A DNA stretch of 39,981 nucleotides from a virus (IMGVR_UViG_3300013307_000673), one strand, 5' to 3'. Numbered from the stretch's first letter, positions 1-8,962 are shown. Notes: a model not told the origin generated them from the letters alone. A program made the numbers and translations.

Positions 1-387
1 TTATTTCCTTTTGTTTTTAAACTGCTTAGACGTTACAATCTTACCACGAACTAACGACTCAAAAACGCCGCACCAGAATACATCGATTTGATGTGGTTCA
101 CCATCATCTTTTTCAACAATCAATGCATTCGCATTCCAGAAAGGCTTACCCTGTCCGTTTTTACCTTCCACATACCAGCTTTTACTTTTCACTTCTTCAA
201 AAATAGCCCGCTGCTCATTAGGATTATAAGCCAGTTCCAGACGACGATAGAAATCGGCATGTTCATTAATAGCCTCAAGCGCTTTTTCAACTTTTTCACG
301 CTCCATCCACACGCAAGCCACTTCATCTTTTTCTTTCCATTGCTTCTCACTATCACCAGCAATGTAGTCGATCATAACTGTCATCAT
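1..387 (-). CDS. hypothetical protein
   Basis: 128 aa ORF, GAGG RBS, own TTGTGC-17-TATAAT promoter at 417-445. Confidence 0.8.
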   Translation of the reverse strand: MMTVMIDYIAGDSEKQWKEKDEVACVWMEREKVEKALEAINEHADFYRRLELAYNPNEQRAIFEEVKSKSWYVEGKNGQGKPFWNANALIVEKDDGEPHQIDVFWCGVFESLVRGKIVTSKQFKNKRK

Positions 388-416
388 AACATTAACCTCT
401 TGCTTTATTTTCAGCC

Positions 417-445
417 ATTATAACAACAAAGACCATCATGCACAA
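417..445 (-). promoter_or_regulatory. sigma70 promoter, TTGTGCAT family
   Basis: TTGTGC-N17-TATAAT on minus strand. Confidence 0.8.
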
Positions 446-514
446 GATGTTTTTTATTCGTCTTTTGGCTTAAAACGTGCTATGATAAGGCATTATTCTT
501 AATGGAGGCTTTCT

Positions 515-1486
515 ATGTATAATCACATGTTAAATCTGTTACAAACGAACTTTTCTCATCGAAGTGTTGAGGAAAAAGACATGACGTGGGTTTCCGCCCT
601 ACTCAATAAAGCCAATGCCATCCTGATTTTAAAGGATATCTTAAATCAACCAGAGCTTCTTCAGCGTATTGAAGATCGCTCCTATACTCATGCCCTTGGC
701 TTTGATAAGATTATTTTAGCTGACCTCTCAAAAGATATTGACAAAAGCCTGCCCAAAACTCAAATCAGACTTCATCTTTGGGATCCAAAGAATACTGCAG
801 CTTTACCTATTGTTGAATCTCTTCATGAGCATAGCTTCGACTTTATCTCTACCGTGTTAACAGGCTATCTCGAAAATCAGCAATACTCTTTTAAACATAC
901 GCTTTCGCATGAGGAAGAGCAGCTTCTTAATCACCTTTTAATGTGGCGCGAACTCTCCTCTGATGAGGAAGTCAAAGAAGTAGACAGACACATAGAAATC
1001 ATTGAAGCCCGCCGTCTGGAGCTTTATGGGGCCTCTCAGTTTGACGCAATGTATCATGATGAAGACGCGAGTTGCTCTGTTGATTATGTTGCCAAAAAAA
1101 CAGGATTCTCTAAAAATCAGGTCATTGACATTCTCCTCAACCTTCAGGGCCACTATGTCAGCAATCGCGTGCCAGGAGACAAAAAAGCCTATAAGCACAT
1201 CCTCAGCAAATATGTGAGCATTAAACCACATGACGTATTATCCATTCATGCTGGAGAACACTATTATCATCCTTATACGCTTCCTCACAGGCTTTTCTAT
1301 GATAATAAAATGTTCAACTCTACGCTTTTACTGACCACACCTGTTGCCAGTAATGCCGAAGGCGGATCTCTACAACGCCCAACGTATGTTAAAAACAACG
1401 AGCAAAACTACAGTAAAATCAGTTATAAAAAAGGTGAGCTTGCCAATAAGCTTATCTCTTACTTGAAGCTTTTAGAGGCTTCTTAA
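515..1486 (+). CDS. cupin/double-stranded beta-helix family protein with long internal insertion
   Basis: HALGFDK, RLHLW, ESLHEHSFDFISTVLTG (HxH) and distal LPHR His; GGAGG RBS. Confidence 0.65.
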   Translation: MYNHMLNLLQTNFSHRSVEEKDMTWVSALLNKANAILILKDILNQPELLQRIEDRSYTHALGFDKIILADLSKDIDKSLPKTQIRLHLWDPKNTAALPIVESLHEHSFDFISTVLTGYLENQQYSFKHTLSHEEEQLLNHLLMWRELSSDEEVKEVDRHIEIIEARRLELYGASQFDAMYHDEDASCSVDYVAKKTGFSKNQVIDILLNLQGHYVSNRVPGDKKAYKHILSKYVSIKPHDVLSIHAGEHYYHPYTLPHRLFYDNKMFNSTLLLTTPVASNAEGGSLQRPTYVKNNEQNYSKISYKKGELANKLISYLKLLEAS

Positions 1487-1503
1487 CTAAACACCACTTA
1501 AAC

Positions 1504-1528
1504 AAAAGCGTCCCGAAGGACGCTTTTT
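1504..1528. terminator. bidirectional intrinsic terminator
   Basis: aaaagcgtcc-cgaa-ggacgctttt between convergent genes. Confidence 0.85.
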
Positions 1529-1533
1529 AGTGT

Positions 1534-2289
1534 TTATTTTAACCAGCTTATCGCGCTATCGATTTTCTCAAGCACTTCGATAAACTCATCTTCTTTACCA
1601 TCACTATCCTTAAGAGCTACAAGCTTTAATATATTCTTAAAGGTGCCTGATATCATTAACGTGCTTGCTTTCGCTGTAGGATAAAGCAGATTAATTGTCT
1701 CCCAATCTTTACTCTCATCCAGATCTTTCAAACGGCTATCAGTGTTGCTGAGAATTTCTGAGTAAATATCTACGTATTTTTCATCACGTAAAACCAGACA
1801 GGGTTGTTTCTGAGCAGCGGTTTTAGCGACCGTTAAACGGCTAAGATGAACCATGTCTCTCTGAGAACTAAACTCATGCTCAACACCTATGGTCAGACCT
1901 ACAATTAAAATATTCAGATTCAGTGTGTGAAGAATAGAAGTATGCCCCAAAGAGAGTGTTTTATCTGCAAGCTCACTTAGTGTTTTGTTATAAGGATTAG
2001 CATAACTCATCCCCGCAGATAGCCCTGCCATTTTATAAAGCTCTTCTTTGATTTCTGAAAGTGTATGCCTATGCCCCATGATAGCATAATTATCATCGAT
2101 AACCTGCACAGGAAGCCCTCCAAGGCCCACTATCGCAACCTGCGCACCTTTCAGCATCCTTTTAGACTCATCATGGAAAAAACCCCCCATACGCTCATAC
2201 ACAAAGCTCAGCTTCTTATATGCTGGAATCTTCAAAGAAGCCATTTCATTATTTAACTTGTCAAAATCTAAAAAGGGAAACTTATACAT
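1534..2289 (-). CDS. divergent ThyX-like (flavin-dependent thymidylate synthase fold) protein
   Basis: LGHTSILH...GLTIGVEHEFSSQR resembles ThyX GHxSxxEH...ELxRHR; LLYPTAKASTLMISGTF resembles the LPxxxxTxxxxTxN segment; start overlaps upstream stop. Confidence 0.55.
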   Translation of the reverse strand: MYKFPFLDFDKLNNEMASLKIPAYKKLSFVYERMGGFFHDESKRMLKGAQVAIVGLGGLPVQVIDDNYAIMGHRHTLSEIKEELYKMAGLSAGMSYANPYNKTLSELADKTLSLGHTSILHTLNLNILIVGLTIGVEHEFSSQRDMVHLSRLTVAKTAAQKQPCLVLRDEKYVDIYSEILSNTDSRLKDLDESKDWETINLLYPTAKASTLMISGTFKNILKLVALKDSDGKEDEFIEVLEKIDSAISWLK

Positions 2290-3970
2290 AGGACTCTCCA
2301 AAAATGTTTTTTAATACATCCATAAAATCTTCTTCTTTCTGACTTTCATAGAAGACATAAAATGGTTCAAATACAGGGAAAATATTACGGTATTTATTTT
2401 TCTCATAGTCAGTAATAAGATTAAGACCTGCTAACTTTTCAAGATACAACTCATAAATCTCAACAACCTTTTCTTTATCGATGACTTCCTGATCTAACAT
2501 TTTTAAAATACTGCTGAGAAAAAGCTTATTGTAAATAGTGTTATATTTATAAAAAATAGTGATTTGGCCCAGCATATAACGCCTGAAAGCATTATCATTA
2601 CCTATGTTTCCAGAACCTACTTCAGCAAATGATTGTAGCTTAGCAAACATTTTATCAAAAATACAAGCAACCTGATCTCTCAATGAAGCGTTAAGAGTAA
2701 AATCAGGCGCATAATCCTGAGTTGACTGAACCAATGATAGATTCATGGCAGACATATCATTATACCACTGTTGCGTAGCTATTACAGATTTACTGATATT
2801 ATCATAGTTGCGCTCTGTCCACTTATAATCTTCCTGGAAGAATCGCTGATATTTTTCCTTGTAAGCATCAAATAAAGCATCATCCTTAACAAGATCTCTT
2901 AATAAGCTCTCTTCGCCTAAGAGAGCAAAGCATGTATTAGCCCATAGCAAATTTTTAATTTGTTCCATATTAGCCACAGATACATCAAATCCTATCTTTT
3001 TAAAAAGAGGGTAGATTCTTCTTTTATCAAAATCATAATCAATACCTGCTTTATCCAGCAATGAAACAAAAAGCATATCTGCCAGAATAATCGTAAACGC
3101 CTCGCTCATCATACGGCTAATGATATAGGCATGTTTAGCTTCTTTTGTGTCTTCAGTAACGATAAGATCAGGATAGATAAAATGCATAATATCATGAAAC
3201 ATAAAAGTCGCTTCATGTATATCATCTTTTTTAGGTGTTAACGGGATGCCAGCATTCAACCCCGGAAGCCAATAGTTCCTCTGACTTCTGTCTTCAGCAC
3301 GTCTGATAAAAACACCTTGAGCAATAACGTTAGACAATAGATTGCTAAAAAAGTCATTGGTTTTACACTGAGCATAATAAGGATTATTTTGAAGAAGCGA
3401 CTCAATAAACGGCTCAAAAGAAACAACCTGATCGACTTCAGCTTTATTAAAGTTAAGATTGACCTTATCCTCAAACTTAAAAAGAGAAGACATGTCATTA
3501 ATAAATAATGAGAACGCCAAATCGCGAGCAGAGTTTTTAAGCCCTTTATCTTTCATTTCCTGATAAGATATCATAGATTTTTCTGAGACGAATATTTCAT
3601 CCCAATTATAGACATCCTCCCTGTCAGTTTTTAAATCAGGAAAGATTAAACCGTTTACAGACGCTCGGTAGTTTTTCTTTTCTTTGGCTATCACACCATC
3701 TTGATCACGTTTGAGGATTCTTACAGAAACGGTAGATTTATGCTCCGCCTCCTGAAAGACATTCAGGTCTATATTAGCCTTGCTATTTTTAGCATGAAGC
3801 TTTGTTTGCTCAGAAAGCAATAAAACAGTGTCATTTTTATCATCAAACAGAGAGGATTCATTAAGACCATTTATTGTAGTAATATGCGTCGTTTTAAGCC
3901 CGATATTCTTAAAATAACGAGATAGTTCTTTTTCTTTTTTTAGATTGCTTGTCACAATATAGACTTTCAT
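2282..3970 (-). CDS. Ham1/ITPase-like N-terminal domain fused to an unknown HDxxH..E helical domain
   Basis: VTSNLKK, YNWDEIF, SYQEM, KNSAR match Ham1 motifs TxNxxK, FGWDPIF, TYAEM, SHR; C-terminal HEATFMFHDIMH and MMSEA; GGAGG RBS. Confidence 0.65.
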   Translation of the reverse strand: MKVYIVTSNLKKEKELSRYFKNIGLKTTHITTINGLNESSLFDDKNDTVLLLSEQTKLHAKNSKANIDLNVFQEAEHKSTVSVRILKRDQDGVIAKEKKNYRASVNGLIFPDLKTDREDVYNWDEIFVSEKSMISYQEMKDKGLKNSARDLAFSLFINDMSSLFKFEDKVNLNFNKAEVDQVVSFEPFIESLLQNNPYYAQCKTNDFFSNLLSNVIAQGVFIRRAEDRSQRNYWLPGLNAGIPLTPKKDDIHEATFMFHDIMHFIYPDLIVTEDTKEAKHAYIISRMMSEAFTIILADMLFVSLLDKAGIDYDFDKRRIYPLFKKIGFDVSVANMEQIKNLLWANTCFALLGEESLLRDLVKDDALFDAYKEKYQRFFQEDYKWTERNYDNISKSVIATQQWYNDMSAMNLSLVQSTQDYAPDFTLNASLRDQVACIFDKMFAKLQSFAEVGSGNIGNDNAFRRYMLGQITIFYKYNTIYNKLFLSSILKMLDQEVIDKEKVVEIYELYLEKLAGLNLITDYEKNKYRNIFPVFEPFYVFYESQKEEDFMDVLKNIFGESYV

Positions 3971-4000
3971 AACACCTCCGTCTGATAGGAAACCGCCAAA

Positions 4001-4030
4001 GAAAAAATCTTCCTTGGGGAAAGGAAGATT
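4001..4030 (-). terminator. intrinsic terminator overlapping the -10 of the Ham1-fusion operon promoter
   Basis: 10 bp inverted repeat aatcttcctt/aaggaagatt plus T run; TTTATC-N17-TATAAT overlaps its 5' arm. Confidence 0.65.
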
Positions 4031-4065
4031 ATATACTATTTTAACTTTAGGATAAACACTATCGA

Positions 4066-4554
4066 CTAAACAAGTTTTAACTTATGTTCGTCTTTGATTT
4101 CCATGATTCGGATGAAATCGCTTACCAAATCTTTAACGCCTTCTTTTTTAAGAGTATCGATATACTCAATGAGCTTCTCTTTAAACTCTTCATAGCCATA
4201 AGCTTGAGAGCTAAGCAAACGGCTTTCAGTTGGAACATAACTCATAAAACCATCTCGACCACGGCGAACCTCAGTCTGGTAAGCATAGCGCACCGTCGCA
4301 ACGACAGTCGATTCAGCAATGCTTTTACCAATATAGTTAAACTTAAACGCCAGAGACAGCTTTTTATTATCATGAGCCAGACCTAAGATGATAATATGGT
4401 CATCTTTAATAGCTGAACGCGCACCAAAACCTTTCCATGTAAAACCATCTGATTTCGCACGGCGGTTCAGCGCTCTTACGCGAAAGCGCGAATCAGCACG
4501 GAGCACATCCAGCTTTTCAGTTAAACGTTTTACGATAGTTTCTTTCTGACTCAT
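4066..4554 (-). CDS. hypothetical protein, paralog family A
   Basis: shares LNRRA...RSAIKDD.I.IL with 4644-5483; own promoter. Confidence 0.85.
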   Translation of the reverse strand: MSQKETIVKRLTEKLDVLRADSRFRVRALNRRAKSDGFTWKGFGARSAIKDDHIIILGLAHDNKKLSLAFKFNYIGKSIAESTVVATVRYAYQTEVRRGRDGFMSYVPTESRLLSSQAYGYEEFKEKLIEYIDTLKKEGVKDLVSDFIRIMEIKDEHKLKLV

Positions 4555-4587
4555 GATATATTAACCTTTATCTTAAAATAGGTGTTC

Positions 4588-4616
4588 ATTATAGCGCATC
4601 TTTTAGTCATGCACAA
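4588..4616 (-). promoter_or_regulatory. sigma70 promoter, TTGTGCAT family
   Basis: TTGTGC-N17-TATAAT. Confidence 0.8.
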
Positions 4617-4643
4617 TAAAAAAGCCTCCGAAGAGGCTCTTAT

Positions 4644-5483
4644 TTAGCTGCTGTAGACCTCATGCAACAGATCGTAAAAATCTTCTGAATCCAAACCTTT
4701 TTTAAGCAAGCTCTCTTCCTGCTCAATTTCTTTATCAAGTTTGTAAAGCTCTGAAGAAACAACATTACGTTCTTTCTCAGCGTCATGATAGGGTTGATAA
4801 ATTGTTTTTTCTTCTACTGCGATTGCCTTTCGCAGTTCTGCCATACGCTTCTGAAGCTGAGCCAGCTCGATGCTTTCCGGCAACTCACTGACTGCCTGCT
4901 GAGCCGCCTCACGTGCTTTTAAAGTCTTAGCGCTCAACGTTTTAGAATCTTTCTTGAGCTGCTCTTGTTTTTTCTTGAGTGGCTTCAGACGAGCAACGAT
5001 TTCTGCTTTACGTGCTTCTTTTTCTTCATCAGAAAGACGAGACACATCAACCACACCCATTTTCTTACAGAAAGCTTCTACCACGTTGTGCTTAGACATG
5101 AGTTTAAGCGAACGATTGAACTCTCGCAGTTTCTCTGAAAATACTTCAAAAGACATTGGTGCGGAGTAGTAAACATGCTCTGATACGATTCTGTTACCAT
5201 AATCACGCTTCGTATCGGCTTTGCTTGCCAGAATCACAACCTCATGCTCATAGCGATCCTGATAGTTGATAGTAATACCAATGTTTTCATCATTGCCTGT
5301 ATTCAGAATCAGGATATAGTCATCTTTAATAGCTGAACGTTGACCTTGATTGCCGTAGCCATAGCCTGATCTAGAGGCGCGACGGTTCAGCTCTTTAATA
5401 TGATTACGATCAAACAGACCAGATGCTTTTAGCACACGCAGCTTACCGCTTAACTTTTTCATTACGTTATTTTGTGCAGTCAT
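4644..5483 (-). CDS. hypothetical protein, paralog family A with C-terminal coiled coil
   Basis: N-terminal similarity to 4066-4554; K/E-rich helical tail; start moved to ATG after GAGG RBS. Confidence 0.85.
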   Translation of the reverse strand: MTAQNNVMKKLSGKLRVLKASGLFDRNHIKELNRRASRSGYGYGNQGQRSAIKDDYILILNTGNDENIGITINYQDRYEHEVVILASKADTKRDYGNRIVSEHVYYSAPMSFEVFSEKLREFNRSLKLMSKHNVVEAFCKKMGVVDVSRLSDEEKEARKAEIVARLKPLKKKQEQLKKDSKTLSAKTLKAREAAQQAVSELPESIELAQLQKRMAELRKAIAVEEKTIYQPYHDAEKERNVVSSELYKLDKEIEQEESLLKKGLDSEDFYDLLHEVYSS

Positions 5484-5513
5484 TTTTAAATCCTCTATGA
5501 TTTCAATAAGGCA

Positions 5514-5542
5514 AGTATAGCAACTTCGCAGATTATGCACAA
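5514..5542 (-). promoter_or_regulatory. sigma70 promoter, TTGTGCAT family
   Basis: TTGTGC-N17-TATACT with extended TG. Confidence 0.8.
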
Positions 5543-5602
5543 GCTTTATTTTGACAATAAAAATAAAAAGCCTCCAGTCGGAGGCTCTCTTATTAAGATG
5601 GC

Positions 5603-5719
5603 TTACTTTTCGTTCGTGATAAAATACGCCACCACACCAATCACGATAGCTTTCCAGAAGCTAAACGTGAGCAAAAACGTCGCCAACATTAAAATGCCAA
5701 TCTGTGTTAGCTTATTCAT
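5603..5719 (-). CDS. small membrane protein (38 aa)
   Basis: MNKLTQIGILMLATFLLTFSFWKAIVIGVVAYFITNEK read from sequence; overlaps upstream stop, terminator follows. Confidence 0.65.
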   Translation of the reverse strand: MNKLTQIGILMLATFLLTFSFWKAIVIGVVAYFITNEK

Positions 5720-6047
5720 CAGAAACAACCTCGGAGCCTACGTTGGTGCCAACCCACTGGATCGCCGTAAAGAAAATACGCATTTCTTCATCACTGCGCG
5801 GTGCCGGATAGGTGCTATTCTTATCATCCAGCACATAAGCAATAACAGAGGAGTCATTCGCATGAGAGTTCTGCATCTCCAGCTCAATCATTTTGTGCAG
5901 AGCATGGACTTCCTTTGCGTTCAGGGAAGGATTCCCATACACACGGTTAATACTCACAGGCGTTTGAGCAGGATGCTTCTCAAAATATGCTTTAATCTTA
6001 GCTACTTTATTAGTCAGTTCAGTGCTGACAGCTTCTTTAGTAAACAT
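5712..6047 (-). CDS. hypothetical protein
   Basis: 111 aa ORF, GAGG RBS, own promoter. Confidence 0.8.
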   Translation of the reverse strand: MFTKEAVSTELTNKVAKIKAYFEKHPAQTPVSINRVYGNPSLNAKEVHALHKMIELEMQNSHANDSSVIAYVLDDKNSTYPAPRSDEEMRIFFTAIQWVGTNVGSEVVSDE

Positions 6048-6091
6048 AGCATTTCCTCGTTTAAGGTTTATCGACGACTTCAGTAGCAGCT

Positions 6092-6120
6092 ATCTTATCA
6101 AAATCTATTTTGATGCACAA
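6092..6120 (-). promoter_or_regulatory. sigma70 promoter, TTGTGCAT family
   Basis: TTGTGC-N17-TAAGAT. Confidence 0.7.
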
Positions 6121-6162
6121 GTATTATTTACACTATAAGGCCGAATATTGAAAACATAAGAC

Positions 6163-6675
6163 TTATCGTTGGCTTAGTTTGTATTGCTTATCAAGTTTTT
6201 CATAAAGATGGTTTTCACCTACGTTCAAAAGCTTAGCAAGGCGAGTAATGTCTGAAATTCCTTTTCGTTCTATCAGAACGTGCAGAGCATAATCAGGCAT
6301 GAGGAAATCAAAGAGCATTTTTCTGGCAGCAACTGTTTCTTCATCTTTAGCAGAAAGGACAGCTCTGTCATCAAACACCATAAAATCATTGTCAGCATTA
6401 ACCTGACCTAAAAGATGCCTCGACAACTCCAGACCAATAATACTATCCCGATCAAAATCACCAAGCTCTTCATAATAGCCGATATAGTTTACGCCATCTT
6501 TACTGCAAGCCATCCCTACCGAAGTGGGATAAAGCTCTCTGTTTATGGCAACCACCACATAGCCAAGATTTTGGGCAACCTCTCTTATATTGACAGGTAA
6601 AAGCCCATTCCATGCGCCTTGTTGATAAACGCTATTTACAATGGCATTTTGGCTCAACAAAATATTACTTAGCAT
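6163..6675 (-). CDS. ImmA/IrrE-like protein lacking HExxH
   Basis: W..LLPVNIREVAQNLG, LMP, ITRLAKLLNV pattern; HELGH position reads LELSR. Confidence 0.7.
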   Translation of the reverse strand: MLSNILLSQNAIVNSVYQQGAWNGLLPVNIREVAQNLGYVVVAINRELYPTSVGMACSKDGVNYIGYYEELGDFDRDSIIGLELSRHLLGQVNADNDFMVFDDRAVLSAKDEETVAARKMLFDFLMPDYALHVLIERKGISDITRLAKLLNVGENHLYEKLDKQYKLSQR

Positions 6676-6676
6676 A

Positions 6677-7108
6677 TTAGGCTGCCTTTTTAGTCCGAGA
6701 TTTTTTAGCTTTAGGTTCACCATACACAGCATCAAGCGTTAATACAGCAGAACTGCAGAGCCATTCACCTTTTTCATTTTGCTTACTATAAAAATGATCG
6801 ACCTTAGCTTTCAGGTATTTGCCATTGAACTTCTGGTCTGCGCCAAATACATAGCCAAACTTTTCCTGCATCAAGTTAAGAAACTCACAATCAGCGGTAG
6901 GTAGCTTATAGATAACCTTTCCAGCAATCTGCGCAAGACTAATGATTTCCAAATGATTCCAGCCGTCAGAATCAAGCTTATAAACAGTTGCCGGGCAGAG
7001 ATTAAGGCGCAAATCACCTACAAGGTGAAGCAGGTCTTTATTGTCCGAATCTTTCCAGATCTTAGCCTCAAAGGTTTTACAATCATTCATCAGTTGTTCA
7101 AGTTTCAT
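6677..7108 (-). CDS. hypothetical protein
   Basis: 143 aa ORF, GGAG RBS, TTGTAC-17-TATAAT promoter upstream. Confidence 0.8.
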   Translation of the reverse strand: MKLEQLMNDCKTFEAKIWKDSDNKDLLHLVGDLRLNLCPATVYKLDSDGWNHLEIISLAQIAGKVIYKLPTADCEFLNLMQEKFGYVFGADQKFNGKYLKAKVDHFYSKQNEKGEWLCSSAVLTLDAVYGEPKAKKSRTKKAA

Positions 7109-7399
7109 GGCTTTCTCCGCCTTAATAAGATAGAATTATTATACCGCCTAAAGCCTTTGAGTACAAGAAAAAAGACAACAAAAAAGCCCCGCAGGGCTTT
7201 TCTTAAATTATCTCATTCTTGGTCTTCGTATTATTTCTGCAGGCGCTTCTTGGATTGTATTTTCAGTCTTAAGTTTGTTTTCTATTTTTACTGAGATGAT
7301 CAGATTTTAGGTTGCTGTCAAATACCTTCTGTAAGAGGAATCTTTGAAACCATACAAGTCTTATACATATTTTTCACCTTTGTTTTGATAAGTTTTTAT

Positions 7400-7870
7400 T
7401 TAACAGAGCAGCCCGACTTCTCGAAGTCTTTTAGTGATATCCGAAACAGAAACATCAAAGTCATAAGCCAGATTTCTCACATCGGTTTGACCTACCCGGA
7501 GCACCATCGTGCGCACGGCATCACGTGGCATGATTAACTCCCATGCCATCTTTAAATCTGCGTTATGCTCAAGGCTTTCTGTATTTTTGAACGAAATATC
7601 TTTGTATTTTAGAAAATCATTTAAACCAACACGCCCATTAACATATTTGGCAATACCAATAGCAATGGCTTTACGAATCTCTCGCGTGGTATCTTTAGGA
7701 TTGTATCCAATGGTTTTAATGCCTTTTTCAATACTCAGCATTAGTTTTATATCTCCATGTCGCTCCATATTAACAGGGAGCACGCGAAAGCCTAAACTTT
7801 CTGCTACGCAGTCTGTTTTAACAGGAAGAAGCATGTCCCAATGATGGTTTGAAATATAAGCAGCGTCCAT
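7400..7870 (-). CDS. ImmA/IrrE-like protein lacking HExxH
   Basis: WDMLLPV, IRKAIAIGIAK in place of RFTIAHELGH, ELIMP, LAYDFDVS...RLREVGL. Confidence 0.75.
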   Translation of the reverse strand: MDAAYISNHHWDMLLPVKTDCVAESLGFRVLPVNMERHGDIKLMLSIEKGIKTIGYNPKDTTREIRKAIAIGIAKYVNGRVGLNDFLKYKDISFKNTESLEHNADLKMAWELIMPRDAVRTMVLRVGQTDVRNLAYDFDVSVSDITKRLREVGLLC

Positions 7871-7891
7871 TTATAACCTCAAGAGTTTAAT

Positions 7892-8362
7892 TTAAGAAAG
7901 CAGTCCGAGATCTTTCAATCTTATGAGCATATCTTCAACAGAAACATCGAAAATATTGGCCAACTTTTCAACTTCATATACTTTTGCTTTTCTCACCATA
8001 TGAATTACTGTTTTGTAGGGCATAAGCAATTGTTTTGCGAGTTCCATATCATAAAAATCTATAAAACCGATAGAGCTTGTAAAAATATCCTTTCCATAAG
8101 TGAGTGTTTCGTTGACACGCACTTTTTTATTTGAATATTTCACTAAACCAAAGGCAATAACTTTTCTTATATCCATCGCACTATCAGTAGGATTGTAGCC
8201 GATTGTTAGCACATTATCATTAATGCGCAGCATTAAACTTACATCAGCATTTTCAGATACATCTATCGGAAAGACATAACAGCCCAACTGATGAGCTATC
8301 TTGTCCGTTCGCACTGGTAATATCTGATCCCAATAGTATTCAGAGATATAAGAAACATCCAT
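7892..8362 (-). CDS. ImmA/IrrE-like protein lacking HExxH (tandem paralog)
   Basis: same length as and colinear with 7400-7870; QLLMP, LANIFDVS...RLKDLGL. Confidence 0.75.
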   Translation of the reverse strand: MDVSYISEYYWDQILPVRTDKIAHQLGCYVFPIDVSENADVSLMLRINDNVLTIGYNPTDSAMDIRKVIAFGLVKYSNKKVRVNETLTYGKDIFTSSIGFIDFYDMELAKQLLMPYKTVIHMVRKAKVYEVEKLANIFDVSVEDMLIRLKDLGLLS

Positions 8363-8363
8363 T

Positions 8364-8531
8364 TTACACTCTGCCTACGCCGATATTGCGTTCACGACAA
8401 AAAGTGATCCAGCGAGATGAGAAAGCAAAATAGGCCATACGACGAAGTTTTCGCGCATCATGAATATGATATACTTTTTTAAAAACCTTCATATCAAAAG
8501 CAATACGAGCTTGTTTTTTGCGATGAGTCAT
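8364..8531 (-). CDS. small basic protein (55 aa)
   Basis: MTHRKKQARIAFDMKVFKKVYHIHDARKLRRMAYFAFSSRWITFCRERNIGVGRV; GAGGA RBS; stop 1 nt before next start. Confidence 0.7.
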   Translation of the reverse strand: MTHRKKQARIAFDMKVFKKVYHIHDARKLRRMAYFAFSSRWITFCRERNIGVGRV

Positions 8532-8561
8532 ATTATTTCCTCATTTAGATGGGATGTTAAT

Positions 8562-8684
8562 TAACAAAGCCCACTTGAGTGGGCTTCGCCAGAGAAAACT
8601 CTGGTATTCAGGACACCTTTACCGCACTTGGGCTGGCCTTTTCAGGCAGTTGAGCGCCTATATCACTATAGCCTGCTTCGCTCT
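8562..8684 (-). ncRNA. putative structured small RNA or attenuator leader
   Basis: TTGATA-17-TATAGT promoter (8691-8719), several hairpins, terminator AAGCCCAC-TCAA-GTGGGCTT, GC-rich, no RBS-led ORF. Confidence 0.6.
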
Positions 8685-8727
8685 ATTACGACTATACCAC
8701 AATCAAGTATGGTTATCAAAGAAAATA

Positions 8728-8922
8728 TTATTTAACAGCTTCATTCCCTTGATCTTGGTTTACAACCTTCTCCAGCACCAGGCCTTCAGGAAATACACTC
8801 CACTTCAGATCATCGCCTTCTTTCCACCCAAGCTCTTCTAAAGCTCCTTCTGGAAAAACCAATGATAAACCACTTTCACTGCTGGGATCTTCAACCACTT
8901 TTGCTTGATATTTCTGTGTCAT
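8728..8922 (-). CDS. AbrB/MazE/SpoVT family DNA-binding protein
   Basis: LSLVFPEGALEELGWKEGDDLKW motif; AGGAGG RBS. Confidence 0.8.
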   Translation of the reverse strand: MTQKYQAKVVEDPSSESGLSLVFPEGALEELGWKEGDDLKWSVFPEGLVLEKVVNQDQGNEAVK

Positions 8923-8934
8923 AAAACCTCCTAA

Positions 8935-8957
8935 AAGAATCCCGCCTGAGCGGGAGA
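8935..8957 (-). terminator. intrinsic terminator
   Basis: TCCCGC-TCAG-GCGGGA followed by TTCTTTT. Confidence 0.75.
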
Positions 8958-8962
8958 GATAG

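Noticed and set aside
5535-6086. 183 aa plus-strand ORF, and similar antisense ORFs such as 22134-22529 and 33594-34019
   Set aside because: Antisense to better-supported genes and crossing terminators or promoters; no RBS
7207-7368. Possible small gene downstream of the pseudo-ImmA pair
   Set aside because: RBS-led ATG stops after 16 codons and the longer frame has no start; at most a remnant
8554-8841. 95 aa plus-strand ORF
   Set aside because: Overlaps the AbrB-like gene, a promoter and a terminator on the opposite strand; likely shadow ORF
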